Source of the DNA: Candidatus Babeliales bacterium
GTDB lineage: Bacteria; Babelota; Babeliae; Babelales; JACPOV01
Assembly (NCBI GenBank): GCA_050250855.1
Contig: JBFWNW010000001.1
Span: forward strand, 128,001-192,000
Length of the DNA: 64,000 bases
Direction: 5' to 3'
Shown here: positions 32,538 through 42,683 of the stretch, one piece after another
Layout of the letters: each line of letters opens with the position of its first letter
How positions within the stretch are numbered: the stretch's first letter is position 1
The notes under the pieces: model-generated
Database searches by the model: none
Told to the model about the DNA's origin: nothing
What the model saw: the letters and a program-made list of their open reading frames with translations, nothing else
Made by a program: the position numbers and the translations under genes

Positions 32538-33065
32538 TTATACTGTTTTTTCAAAATCTTTAAAGAGCATGCTTGCTTGTATGCCTTGATTATTTTGATA
32601 TTTATTACTTTTGTACAATTCAAATTCACCAGCAATGCTGTGGTAATAAATTTGGCAGATTTCAACATGGGGATAGATTTTTATTGGTTGTACGCAAAAA
32701 ATTTCAAGCGTCCAGTAACCAGCAAAGCCGACATCGCCAAATCCTGCCGTTACATGAATAAATAAACCAAGCCTGCCTATGGATGAACGTCCTTCAAGCA
32801 TCGGTACTAAATTATTCGTTTTAGTATATTCAACCGTTCTGCCAAGGTATAATTTTCCGGGCTCAAGAAGTAAACCATCTTCGGGAATTGTTAGTTCTTG
32901 GGTGAGATTATTTTTTTTCATATCAAGTACGGGATGTGTGTAATGCAAAAGCTTATTGTGAAGGCGTAAATTATAACTGTTTGGACCGAGCTGTTTAGGA
33001 TTAAATGGATCAATAATAAGATCGTTGCCTAAACGTTTTTGAATTTCTTTGCCGGAAAGAATCAT
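32538..33065 (-). CDS. dcd: dCTP deaminase
   Basis: QLGPNSYNLRL, EGRSSIGRLGL, TAGFGDVGFAGYWTLEI, EICQI. Confidence 0.93.
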   Translation of the reverse strand: MILSGKEIQKRLGNDLIIDPFNPKQLGPNSYNLRLHNKLLHYTHPVLDMKKNNLTQELTIPEDGLLLEPGKLYLGRTVEYTKTNNLVPMLEGRSSIGRLGLFIHVTAGFGDVGFAGYWTLEIFCVQPIKIYPHVEICQIYYHSIAGEFELYKSNKYQNNQGIQASMLFKDFEKTV

Positions 33066-33094
33066 AGCTGTTTTTCCTAGGTTCTAAGAGTTTT

Positions 33095-33652
33095 TTAATG
33101 TACTTTTTCTGATTTGTGAGCTATTTGTTTTTTTATTTCGCTTAAATAATTATCTTTGTCTTCTTGAATTTTTTGTTCAATTGTTTGTTTTGCTAATTTG
33201 GGGCTTATATCATTTCTTATTGATTCTAATTCAATTTCGGCTGTTTTTTTAAGTTTATGAACCGGTGAGCAAGGTATGGGATCATATTTTGGCTTTTTTT
33301 GATCTTGCAAATCATCATCTGAAGGTGTTTTTTTAATACGAGTAATTTTTGGACTTCCTTGGGTAGGTAGTTCTTTTGATAATCTTGTTGAGCTAAATTG
33401 GTGATTTTCCATGCGTTGTTTTACTTGCTCCATACCTAAAAGAAGGGATTCCTTTGAGGGCGCTGTGTTGGTTGGTTTAAAAAGAAGGGATTGTGATTTT
33501 GAATCAGGAGTGAGCTTAACTTTAAGAACCTCAGTAGTGCTAAATGAAGCCGTTTTATACATACCATTTTTTGGGGGCGAATCTTGGGGTTGTTCCATAG
33601 CATGTATAGTAAAACAGAAAAAAGAGAAAAAAATAACGTTCGTGAACTTCAT
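33095..33652 (-). CDS. Secreted, largely disordered hypothetical protein
   Basis: Signal peptide ending IHA-MEQ; S/T/P/K-rich mature part. Confidence 0.75.
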   Translation of the reverse strand: MKFTNVIFFSFFCFTIHAMEQPQDSPPKNGMYKTASFSTTEVLKVKLTPDSKSQSLLFKPTNTAPSKESLLLGMEQVKQRMENHQFSSTRLSKELPTQGSPKITRIKKTPSDDDLQDQKKPKYDPIPCSPVHKLKKTAEIELESIRNDISPKLAKQTIEQKIQEDKDNYLSEIKKQIAHKSEKVH

Positions 33653-33747
33653 AAAAATCCTTTTTATTAATAAAAAATGTCTCTAATGAAAATAGTTTTT
33701 TTAATAACGTTTCTACTATTAAGCATAAAAAAATGAGACATTTAAAA

Positions 33748-36700
33748 TCAATATATTTGGTGATTATTTTTTTCTAGTTTTTCTGACCACCACAGAGCAA
33801 AGCAAATAATAGTTACTGTGCCAATAAAATAGCCTAAAAGAGTTCCATGATAAGGATGAAAAACTCCTTGTTGTATTGATTCTACTACAATTTTTGTACA
33901 AGCTATAAGAGGAATTATGCTGTTGCTAAAACGTATACCAATTCCATAAAGAGCGCAGAATAATAAGCCTACAGCACAGCCAAAACCGAGCCATGAAGAA
34001 ATATGTTCAACACCAGGAGTACCATAATAAGCAAGGCCGGTAACTATACTTATAAAAAGGGTTACTAGGATATGTTTTTTCCATCCTTGCGTGAGTGTAT
34101 CCAAGATCCAGAATATCATATAAAGAAGTAATGCTTCATAAATAAAGGTGGTGAGCATAGTAAGCGCAATGCTCACACTTGGCATAAAAGCGGGCATATG
34201 TATATATTCAGCCCACAAAGGTTTTAATGAGGGGCTCATAACATTAAAAAAGGATATACATCCTATAAAAAATACGCCAAGGCAGGTACCAAGGAGTATT
34301 CTATTTTTTGTTTTTAGAGCTGCATGATAGTTGAATGTTGCCTGTGCCGTAAAACCAGCAATCAGGCCGTAAGCTCCTGCTTTAAAGAATATTCGCATAA
34401 GCAATCCACTTACCAAAGATAATGCTTGATGCCAATACGGCTCACTCGTTTTGAAGGTAGCCGCAAACGTTGGCCAGAAGTTAATAATTTGTATAATTGA
34501 TTTACCAAAAAATAGTATAAAGAAGATAACAAAAAATTGTACAGCAAACTGGTGATGAGCCCACATAAGAATACCTTGTACAGCTCCTATGGTTAAAAAT
34601 AAAAGCAAGGCAAGTGAGCATATCATTGTTATGATATCGAGTATGGCTTTGTGTTGCTGGTAAGAGCGTGTCCATTGCTCTGGTACAAAGACAAAGCGGT
34701 TATAATCGGTAACCTCATTATCAGCAATTTTTATAGTTATGCGTGCTTCTCCCTGTTTTAAAGGGGAAGTGATATCTTGAAAGGTAAAGGTCCAATCAAG
34801 ACGTTCAGGTTGTTTTGTTGCCACTGCAGAAATTTCTTTTAGAACATTTGTATCAAGATTATAAGTATTTTTTATAAATTGCTGAGCAAGCGTGCGAGCT
34901 TCCTGTTCAGAGCTTGTTTTTCCTGGTTTTGATTCAGGCAGTTGGTGTTGAATCCGAGTATTACCATGTTCATCAATTAAAAGCGCATATTCTTCTGCAC
35001 GAGCAGTAATATCCCCCCTGTCAAATTGAGCAAAACGTATTTTCCATTCAGCCGGTGTTAAATACGTTCCAATCAGGTTGTGATATATTTTTTTGCCATT
35101 TGTTTGCCAGACAAAGCGATCAACATCCTGGAGTGTACTATTTTCTGTTGTGACAAGGATGTGCCATACAGAAAGGTCTATATTTTTATTATGTAGAGAC
35201 GCTTCTGCTTTCTGCAGAGCTTCAGTTCGTGATGCTTTTACGGTAGGACCATCTTGCTTGAATGGCGTAAAGAAGATCCATAAGAATAAACCCAAAAAAC
35301 CACTTGCCATGATAATTTTTTTTGCAAAAGAAGGAAAATGTATAGCAAGAGGTGCTTGATGTTTTGGTATAAAAGCAGATGCTTTTTCTGGTTGCCAATG
35401 ATTATTAAAGAATCTTTTTGGAATCTCTGTCCATCTACCAGTACATAAACGAGCATTGAGAACTATAAAGAGAGGAATGAGAGAAACAAGGATGACAAAA
35501 AGTTTATCAAGCCAAATACCTGGCGCTGTAGCGATAAATAATGGCAATGCATATAAAAAAAGATCATAGAAAAAATGTGAAAGAATGCCCGGAAGAAGTC
35601 CAAAATAGAGGTAAATTGAGCCAAATATGCATGAAGGAATAATAAGTTCCACTAAGCGTGCATAAAAAGGTTGGGCTGGATAATTTGCATGTGCAGCGCT
35701 AAAAATAAGTGCTTGTACTATAAAGCCTGCAATAAGCCACAGATTTTTTCTTCCCCATTTTTGACCAATAAGAATGGCACAAGAAAGAGGAATTGCGCGA
35801 AACCAACATTCTTCTAAGAATCCTGCTTGCAATGATTGTGCAACGGAACTGAGCCATGGAGCATAATACGATAAAATATTAGGGTTGAATAATGTTTCAC
35901 TGGGTGACCACCAGCCAAAATAACGTGAGCTGCAATAATAAAAGGCCGTAACAAATGCTAAATCAAAACCAATTAAGAGATATGCTCCCACCGTTCTTCC
36001 TAAGACTTGCCAAGAGCTTGCGGCATCTTTTTTCCAGAGCTGCCAGAGCTGTAGATGTTCAGGAAAAGCTTTTCTTCCCAAGCTTTCAGCTGCCATGAAA
36101 ATTAAAGTGTAGGCTCCCATAAAGCCAAAAAATTGCATGCCAACTTGCAAGAGGAAACTGCTCAAAAATGTTGCGGTTGTCATTTGCGTGTCATAATACA
36201 TCCAGTAAAGTGGTAATCCGTTGATATAATTAAGCGATTGCAAGAGAGAAATTAATGTTCCCCATGCAAGCGCAGTTCTCCATTGCAAAAAGCGGCGACG
36301 CAGTAAAAAGAATAAGCCGAAAACACAGCCACCAAAAATATAAAGAATTATTGCCAATATGCCTGCTGAGCGTGCAAGGGTTTCGTTAGCAGAACGCATT
36401 TCTTCATAACGTCGTTTAAACGCTTCAGGAACTTTTAAAGAGAGTGAATACTCAGTGAGTTTATCACCGCTTACTACCAGCTTAAGGCGGTAAGGAGCAT
36501 TGCCAACTTTTTTGTTTTTATTGTCATAAGAAAAAGTGTGATCAATTCTACCGTTTGGCTTTGCTTCTTGAGAGCTTTCAACGAGCGTATAGTTTGCAAA
36601 ATCTGTATGCCAATCTTTAGTAGCTGCGTTAACAGCTAGTGCGCGAGCTTCTTCTTGAAAAAGTGCTTTACCTGGTGTATCTTCGGCAATTTTTTCACGG

Positions 36701-37101
36701 AAACCGTATGGATTTCCTTCTGGGGTAAAGAGTATGAGTGTTTCATTCGGGTTGCTTTGTGCAAAATGGCGAACATGCCATGTATAAGGAGCAAAATATT
36801 TTTCTTCTAAAATATGAGCAAATGCTTTTTTACCCCCACCTTCAAGTTCTATGAAGTTTTGAGCTTCATCATCGTTATCAAAAACGGTTGCTTGTTTGTA
36901 GTTCTCAGGACCCCAGTTAAATTTTTTTGCTAACATCGCAGCCTGGCGCAAAGCTTCATTGCGGTTCATGGTAATATCAAGATGTACAAGAGGAAAAGCT
37001 TTTGCAAAATATTTAAAAGAAAATAGCATGCCACTAACAAAAATAGCGGCAAGAATGACCCAGAAGCTAGAACGGTGTGAAAATGGTATATTTTGATTCA
37101 T
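33748..37101 (-). CDS. Large CPBP (Abi/CAAX) intramembrane metalloprotease with duplicated extracytoplasmic domains
   Basis: EECWFR, FSAAH and HFFYD CPBP motifs; two homologous soluble domains (EEARALA / QEARTLA). Confidence 0.85.
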   Translation of the reverse strand: MNQNIPFSHRSSFWVILAAIFVSGMLFSFKYFAKAFPLVHLDITMNRNEALRQAAMLAKKFNWGPENYKQATVFDNDDEAQNFIELEGGGKKAFAHILEEKYFAPYTWHVRHFAQSNPNETLILFTPEGNPYGFREKIAEDTPGKALFQEEARALAVNAATKDWHTDFANYTLVESSQEAKPNGRIDHTFSYDNKNKKVGNAPYRLKLVVSGDKLTEYSLSLKVPEAFKRRYEEMRSANETLARSAGILAIILYIFGGCVFGLFFLLRRRFLQWRTALAWGTLISLLQSLNYINGLPLYWMYYDTQMTTATFLSSFLLQVGMQFFGFMGAYTLIFMAAESLGRKAFPEHLQLWQLWKKDAASSWQVLGRTVGAYLLIGFDLAFVTAFYYCSSRYFGWWSPSETLFNPNILSYYAPWLSSVAQSLQAGFLEECWFRAIPLSCAILIGQKWGRKNLWLIAGFIVQALIFSAAHANYPAQPFYARLVELIIPSCIFGSIYLYFGLLPGILSHFFYDLFLYALPLFIATAPGIWLDKLFVILVSLIPLFIVLNARLCTGRWTEIPKRFFNNHWQPEKASAFIPKHQAPLAIHFPSFAKKIIMASGFLGLFLWIFFTPFKQDGPTVKASRTEALQKAEASLHNKNIDLSVWHILVTTENSTLQDVDRFVWQTNGKKIYHNLIGTYLTPAEWKIRFAQFDRGDITARAEEYALLIDEHGNTRIQHQLPESKPGKTSSEQEARTLAQQFIKNTYNLDTNVLKEISAVATKQPERLDWTFTFQDITSPLKQGEARITIKIADNEVTDYNRFVFVPEQWTRSYQQHKAILDIITMICSLALLLFLTIGAVQGILMWAHHQFAVQFFVIFFILFFGKSIIQIINFWPTFAATFKTSEPYWHQALSLVSGLLMRIFFKAGAYGLIAGFTAQATFNYHAALKTKNRILLGTCLGVFFIGCISFFNVMSPSLKPLWAEYIHMPAFMPSVSIALTMLTTFIYEALLLYMIFWILDTLTQGWKKHILVTLFISIVTGLAYYGTPGVEHISSWLGFGCAVGLLFCALYGIGIRFSNSIIPLIACTKIVVESIQQGVFHPYHGTLLGYFIGTVTIICFALWWSEKLEKNNHQIY

Positions 37102-37240
37102 AAAGCATCCTATACTCTACATTAGAATTATTTCTCCAATATTTTATTCTAAAAAGTAAATTATGATTTGTATAGGATGCTGTATTTTTAAGACTAACGT
37201 AAATTCGACCTAAGAACAATATTAGCTAAAGTTATATATC

Positions 37241-37410
37241 CCGTTCGTGGTGAGGGTTTTTCGAAGAAAAACGTCTCGAACCATTCGAACTCAAAATTTA
37301 AAAATTATATTTTTCTCCTCACCACGAACGGAAATTAAATAATTTTTATCACCCTGCAGTGCCCGGCGTAGCTTTATGCAAAGCCTGGGAGCCCGTCGAA
37401 GGGTACGAAC
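37241..37410. repeat. Cluster of REP-like palindromic elements, including a 15-bp inverted repeat and nested hairpins
   Basis: CCGTTCGTGGTGAGG (37241-37255) / CCTCACCACGAACGG (37317-37331); ACCCT...GAGCCCGTCGA-AGGGT-A-CGAAC (37351-37410); GC-rich in an AT-rich context. Confidence 0.8.
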
Positions 37411-37420
37411 ACAAATTATT

Positions 37421-37663
37421 CTATTCTTGCTCCCCAAAAAATGGTGCATTATTCTTTGGATGTTCTTTTTTTTCTTGATTTAATCTTTCCTTTGGAGAAT
37501 GTGGATTAGCTTTAGAATTGGAATGAATTTTTTTTGGAGGTTGATTTAGACGTTGCTGTTGTTTTGCAAATACTTCTTTTTTATTTTTTCTATCACCTTT
37601 ACCGGCTATTAAAGGTGAACTAATGCAGAGTAATAATAAAAACATGAGACTATTTATTTTCAT
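37421..37663 (-). CDS. Small secreted basic hypothetical protein
   Basis: Signal peptide (PLIA), K/N/Q-rich mature part, AAAAGGG RBS-like sequence. Confidence 0.65.
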   Translation of the reverse strand: MKINSLMFLLLLCISSPLIAGKGDRKNKKEVFAKQQQRLNQPPKKIHSNSKANPHSPKERLNQEKKEHPKNNAPFFGEQE

Positions 37664-37742
37664 ACTAAAACCCTTTTTTGGTGATTTATGAATAATTTTT
37701 TATATTTTTTATTGTAGCACGTATTTGCTAGGCGTAAAGCTT

Positions 37743-39092
37743 TTATTGCTCATTATTAAAGAGTTCAAGAAGCTGATATACAGATTTGAAAGAATGAATG
37801 CTTGCAGTTTTTTTCTCAAGCTTTTGATTACTTGCAAGAAGCATTTTTTTAATACCAAATTTTTCTGCTTCGCGCAGGTGAATGCCAATTTGATTAATTG
37901 GTTTTATTTGTCCGGTTAAACTCAGTTCGCCAAGAGCGATAGATTTTTCTGGTAGTGGCTGCTGAAAGTAGCTTGAAAGAAGAGCCAGTGCTATGCCAAG
38001 ATCTGCCGCATTATCTTTTATTTTAAAGCCGCCACTTACTTTAAAAAATATATCATGGGTGCTGAGTTTGATATGTAAATATTTTTCAATAATAGCTGCA
38101 ATAAGTGCAACCTGTTTTGGATCTATGCCAGAAACAATACGCTGTGGCATACCAAATTTGCTGGGTACTAGAAGAGCTTGAAGCTCAAGTAAAAAAGGGC
38201 GTGATCCTTCAACAGAACTTATGAGAGCCGAACCTGGTGAAAATGTTGCTTCACTTAATAAATGTTGATTGATATCAGGAACTTGCTGCAGCCCTTTTTC
38301 ATCCATTTGGAAAAAACCTAATTCACCAAGAGCACCAAAACGATTTTTTACTGAACGAAGAATACGTGTTTGCCAACGATCTTCTCCTTGCAAATAAAAA
38401 ACAGCATCCACCATATGTTCAAGCATTTTTGGTCCGGCAATAGTACCTTCTTTAGTGATATGTCCTGTTAGAATAACAGCAATATTTTTTTCTTTAGCAA
38501 GGCGCATTAATCTAAAGCCCGCTTCGCGTAATTGGCCAATACTGCCAGGGATTACTTGGCTATCAGCAGAATAGCAATTCTGAATAGAATCAATAATAAT
38601 AATATGCGGCATTTCTTCTTCTGCTGTTGCAATGATCGATTCTAATTGTGATTGATCTGAGCAGCGAAGGTTTTCATGCAAGCAATCAAGGCGCTCTGCG
38701 CGTAGGCGTACTTGTTCTAATGATTCTTCAGAAGAAAAATATAAAACAGAGAACTGTGCAGCAAGTGCATTAACAATTTGCAAAAGTAAGGTTGATTTAC
38801 CAATACCGGGATCACCAGTTAAAATTAAAAAGGATCCGGGCATAACACCGCCACCAACAACGCGATCCCATTCATGAATGCCGCTGAGCATTCGTTGTTG
38901 GGCATGCACATTAACTTTGTATAAAGGGGTAAGATTTGTTTCTTTATGCGAAGTTTTAAAATCTTTTGAAGCAAAAGAAGGCTTAAGTTCAGTAATACTT
39001 CCCCATTGCGAGCATTCAGGGCAACAACCTACCCATTTTGGCGGGCGATAGCCGCAATTCGAACAGTTAAAATGTGCAGATTGTTTTGCCAT
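37743..39092 (-). CDS. radA: DNA repair protein RadA/Sms
   Basis: C4 Zn finger, GDPGIGKST, KNRFG, Lon-like C-terminus. Confidence 0.97.
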   Translation of the reverse strand: MAKQSAHFNCSNCGYRPPKWVGCCPECSQWGSITELKPSFASKDFKTSHKETNLTPLYKVNVHAQQRMLSGIHEWDRVVGGGVMPGSFLILTGDPGIGKSTLLLQIVNALAAQFSVLYFSSEESLEQVRLRAERLDCLHENLRCSDQSQLESIIATAEEEMPHIIIIDSIQNCYSADSQVIPGSIGQLREAGFRLMRLAKEKNIAVILTGHITKEGTIAGPKMLEHMVDAVFYLQGEDRWQTRILRSVKNRFGALGELGFFQMDEKGLQQVPDINQHLLSEATFSPGSALISSVEGSRPFLLELQALLVPSKFGMPQRIVSGIDPKQVALIAAIIEKYLHIKLSTHDIFFKVSGGFKIKDNAADLGIALALLSSYFQQPLPEKSIALGELSLTGQIKPINQIGIHLREAEKFGIKKMLLASNQKLEKKTASIHSFKSVYQLLELFNNEQ

Positions 39093-39100
39093 AATTATTC

Positions 39101-39685
39101 TTAAAATAAAGGTTGTTTATCAATTTTGTAGCAGTTGCGGCAGCGAGCTTGATATTTTTCTTCAGCACCAACCATGATAATGGGATCATTAAATTTTGCT
39201 GGTTTTTCATCGACCAAGCGTTGTGTAAAATGGGCGTCTTTGCCACACGCCATACATATGGCTTTTAGTTTAGTGATACTATCAGCAATAGCAAGTAATA
39301 AAGGCATTGGACCAAAGGGAACTTGTCTAAAATCAAGATCTAATCCTGCAACAACAATGCGTTTTCCTTGATCAATGAGTTTGCAAATAACGTTGACAAT
39401 TCCCACTGAGAAAAATTGCACTTCATCGATACCAATTACTTCAATATCATCGGTTACTAAATTTTGCAACGTTTCAGGATTATCAAGCGGTATAGCTTTT
39501 ATTTTATTGCCATTGTGCGAGACAACATATTCAATAAGTGTTCGCTCATCAAGGCTATGCTTGAAAACAAGAATATTTTTTTTTGCTAATTTTGCACGCA
39601 CAAGGCGTCTGATAAGTTCTTCAGACTTACCAGAAAACATTGAGCCGCAAACAACTTCAAGACTTCCTTTGCTGGAATTTTTCAT
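39101..39685 (-). CDS. tdk: Thymidine kinase
   Basis: GSMFSGKSEEL, IDEVQF, AGLDLDF, C-terminal Zn cysteines. Confidence 0.97.
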   Translation of the reverse strand: MKNSSKGSLEVVCGSMFSGKSEELIRRLVRAKLAKKNILVFKHSLDERTLIEYVVSHNGNKIKAIPLDNPETLQNLVTDDIEVIGIDEVQFFSVGIVNVICKLIDQGKRIVVAGLDLDFRQVPFGPMPLLLAIADSITKLKAICMACGKDAHFTQRLVDEKPAKFNDPIIMVGAEEKYQARCRNCYKIDKQPLF

Positions 39686-39796
39686 TTGCTATATCCTTTG
39701 ATTACCTAATAATGATAATTTTGTAGCGTTTTAGTATCTAGAAAAATTATAATAAAGAAAAAACCTTTTTTATCAAATATAAAGTGGAAAAAATGT

Positions 39797-41137
39797 ATGG
39801 CAACGTTTACGTACAAGCAGCAAATACAACAAAAATGGAAAAAATCAGAAAAAGAACATAAAAATGATTCAGAGGCGTTGCATATTAATCAATCATTGCA
39901 GTTGCAAGGCCAAGCAAATCTTTTAGGTGCAAAGAACGCGGTGCTTGTTATGATAGCATCGTTAATTTTGACAGAAGGAAAATCTACACTGCGTAATGTT
40001 CCTGCATCTTCAGATGTGCTTCATATGATAGGGCTTCTTAAAGAGCTTGGCGCAGAAGTGCTCTTTAATACTGATGAACATACATTAGAAGTTGACACAT
40101 CCTTTATTCGTTTTCATTATGTTCGTCCTGAAATAATGAAAAAAATGCGCGCTTCCATTCTTGTTATGGGGCCTTTATTAGCTCGTTTTGGTAAAGCAGA
40201 AATTGCTTTGCCCGGAGGATGTTTAATAGGTTCGCGGCCTGTTGATTTTCATCTTAAAAATTTTTTAAAAATGGGTGTTGCGATTCATGAAGAAAAAGAC
40301 ATGCTTTATGCGCAGGTTAAACAATTAGAGCCAGCTCACATAGTGCTTGAATATCCAAGTGTGGGAGCAACGGAAAATATTACGATGGCAGCAGTATTAA
40401 CGCCTGGTAAAACTACTATCATTAATGCTTCTCTAGAGCCTGAAGTAATGGAACTTATTACCGTGCTCAAAAAAATGGGAGCATTAATTACTATTCATCC
40501 GCCAGCAACTATAGAAATAGAAGGCGTTTCATCATTGCATCCAATAGAACATGAAGTATTAGTTGATAGGTTAGAAGCAGGAGCTTTATTACTGGCAGCA
40601 GCAATTACTGGCGGCTCTGTACATTTGCCTAACGCATGTTATCAACATTTGGATGTATTTCTTTTGAAATTAGAAGAGATGGGACATGCTATTCAATTAG
40701 GTGCTGATGGTATTGGCATTACCCTTCATGCTACAATGCAGCCTAAAGCTGTTTCTCTTAGAACCGCTCCATATCCTGGGTTTCCTACTGATTTGCAAGC
40801 TCCTATGATGGCAGCATTGGCATTAGCAGAGGGAAAAAGTGTTATTCATGAAACAGTATTTGAGAATAGATTTTTACATATACCAGAATTAAAAAAAATG
40901 GGAGCACAAATTACTCTGGAGGGCGATAGGGCTTATATAACAGGAGTTGAAGAGCTTTATGGAACTCATGTTATTGCTGCAGATATTCGTGCTTCATGCG
41001 CTTTAGTTCTTGCGGGTCTTGCAGCAAAAGGGACCACTATAGTCACTGGTGTTAGGCATTGGAAACGCGGTTATGATGCTCTTGATAAAAAATTGCAATC
41101 GTTAGGAGCCCAGATTTTCTTGAAAACTGGCAACTAG
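39797..41137 (+). CDS. murA: UDP-N-acetylglucosamine 1-carboxyvinyltransferase
   Basis: GAKNA, MRASIL, PGGCLIGSRP, PGFPTDLQA, FENRF, DIRAS. Confidence 0.96.
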   Translation: MATFTYKQQIQQKWKKSEKEHKNDSEALHINQSLQLQGQANLLGAKNAVLVMIASLILTEGKSTLRNVPASSDVLHMIGLLKELGAEVLFNTDEHTLEVDTSFIRFHYVRPEIMKKMRASILVMGPLLARFGKAEIALPGGCLIGSRPVDFHLKNFLKMGVAIHEEKDMLYAQVKQLEPAHIVLEYPSVGATENITMAAVLTPGKTTIINASLEPEVMELITVLKKMGALITIHPPATIEIEGVSSLHPIEHEVLVDRLEAGALLLAAAITGGSVHLPNACYQHLDVFLLKLEEMGHAIQLGADGIGITLHATMQPKAVSLRTAPYPGFPTDLQAPMMAALALAEGKSVIHETVFENRFLHIPELKKMGAQITLEGDRAYITGVEELYGTHVIAADIRASCALVLAGLAAKGTTIVTGVRHWKRGYDALDKKLQSLGAQIFLKTGN

Positions 41138-41965
41138 ATCGGTAATTTCTCGTGTAATTTTTGCTTGGCGTGTTTTATTATAATTGAGACGCATTGTTTG
41201 CAAAAGATTTTTTGCATTGCGTGTAGAATTATCCATTGCAACAAAACGGGCAGCTTGTTCGGCAATCAATGATTCAAAAAGAATGTCTTGAATTGAACAT
41301 TGCACTACTTTGTGTGCTAAAAAATCAAGAATTAGTTCTGGTTTTTGTTCCCAGTAATATTCTTCTTTAAGCCCAGACTGTTGCTGATTTTCTTGAAAAT
41401 CAAAGGGAATTAAGTTGACTTTGTGTGGTTTTTGTAAAAAAAATGTCTTGGGATAATTATAGAAAATGGTTACAGAGGTAAAAGGAGTATGAGCATGCCA
41501 AATAAGGTCAGAAATTTTTTGGGCAATAGTAAGAAGTTTTCCCTGAGAAAAATCGGGAAATGTCATGCTGATAGTTCCTTTATGAAACTGTTCATTATCA
41601 ACCATTTTTTTACCAACCAGAATGGTATGTACATTTTCGTAAGAGATTAGCTCTAGTTCGTGCTCTATAAAAGAAAAGAGCATGTTATTAAAACTACCAC
41701 AAAGCCCTTTTTGAGAGCCGATAAGGATAATGAGTGGTTTGGTATCCGAGGACTTTTTTTCTAGTATGTGGTGGTGCCAGGTTTGATGAGACTGTTTTAT
41801 TGAAGTAAACATGTCTACTAATGCATTTTTATAAAAATCAAGATTACCTTTTTTTGTTCGCAAGCGAGCATGAAGGGACATAGATATAAGACGCATAGCA
41901 TGCGTTACTTTTTTAATAGTTTCAATTGCTTTTATGCGTTGGCGCATTGCTACAAGTTCAGACAT
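41102..41965 (-). CDS. atpG: ATP synthase F1 gamma subunit
   Basis: KKVTHAM, KGLCGSFN, AEQAARFVAMDNSTRNA, YNKTRQAKITREI. Confidence 0.95.
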   Translation of the reverse strand: MSELVAMRQRIKAIETIKKVTHAMRLISMSLHARLRTKKGNLDFYKNALVDMFTSIKQSHQTWHHHILEKKSSDTKPLIILIGSQKGLCGSFNNMLFSFIEHELELISYENVHTILVGKKMVDNEQFHKGTISMTFPDFSQGKLLTIAQKISDLIWHAHTPFTSVTIFYNYPKTFFLQKPHKVNLIPFDFQENQQQSGLKEEYYWEQKPELILDFLAHKVVQCSIQDILFESLIAEQAARFVAMDNSTRNAKNLLQTMRLNYNKTRQAKITREITDLVASFQENLGS

Positions 41966-42099
41966 AAGCTAGTTCCTTTGGTAAAGCACGATAATCCTAG
42001 TTCTTAAGGTAAACGGTCTTCATTTTTTTTGCAATTGCTTAAAGCTTTTTACATGATACAGTAAAGAGTAACTATTTTAATGCTAAACCAAAAAAAAGT

Positions 42100-42681
42100 A
42101 TGATTATTATTATTGATGCTTATAATCTTTTAAAAACCTTGTATCATAATACCGAACTTGATGAAAAAAGCGCCTATTATCAGGGTCTTTTAAAACAGTA
42201 TGCAAAAAAAAGAAAGAATACTTTGATACTGGTATATGATGGAGGATCGTCTCCTTGGCAAAGTTCTCATAAAGAAGGTGCTTTGACCATAATACATTCA
42301 GGGTTTCAAGAGACGGCTGATGATGTTATTATGCAGTATATTCAAGCTCATAAAGATAAGGATATTTTAGTAGTTAGTGCAGATCGTGAGATTGCCCAAA
42401 AAGCATATGAATGTAATATCGTCAGTATAGAGCCTTTTCTTTTTGATGCGTATGTACAGCAAGCAGTGAGCAATAAGACACCTGTACAAGAGGTGGCTAA
42501 AAATAGGGTAAAAAAATTAAGACCAGAAGAAACTCATGAGATTGATACGCTTATGGAGCAAGCTAGTGCGATTATTGAACGAAAGCATGATGAGCAAGGA
42601 GATAAAAGTAGATCTCAATCTTCAGGGTCTGTTCTTTCAAAAAGAGAACGAAAAATAAGAGCGCAATTAAAAAAGTTATAA
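42100..42681 (+). CDS. NYN-domain (YacP/Rae1-like) ribonuclease
   Basis: IIIDAYNL, LVYDG, TADDVI, VVSADREI acidic motifs. Confidence 0.85.
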   Translation: MIIIIDAYNLLKTLYHNTELDEKSAYYQGLLKQYAKKRKNTLILVYDGGSSPWQSSHKEGALTIIHSGFQETADDVIMQYIQAHKDKDILVVSADREIAQKAYECNIVSIEPFLFDAYVQQAVSNKTPVQEVAKNRVKKLRPEETHEIDTLMEQASAIIERKHDEQGDKSRSQSSGSVLSKRERKIRAQLKKL

Positions 42682-42683
42682 CT

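Noticed and set aside
33748..33750. Alternative genetic code (TGA reassigned)
   Set aside because: Conserved genes translate fully in code 11, RF2 is intact, and TGA serves as the stop codon here.
40210..40240. Fosfomycin-resistant MurA (Cys to Asp, as in Chlamydia)
   Set aside because: The active-site Cys is present (PGGCLIGSRP).
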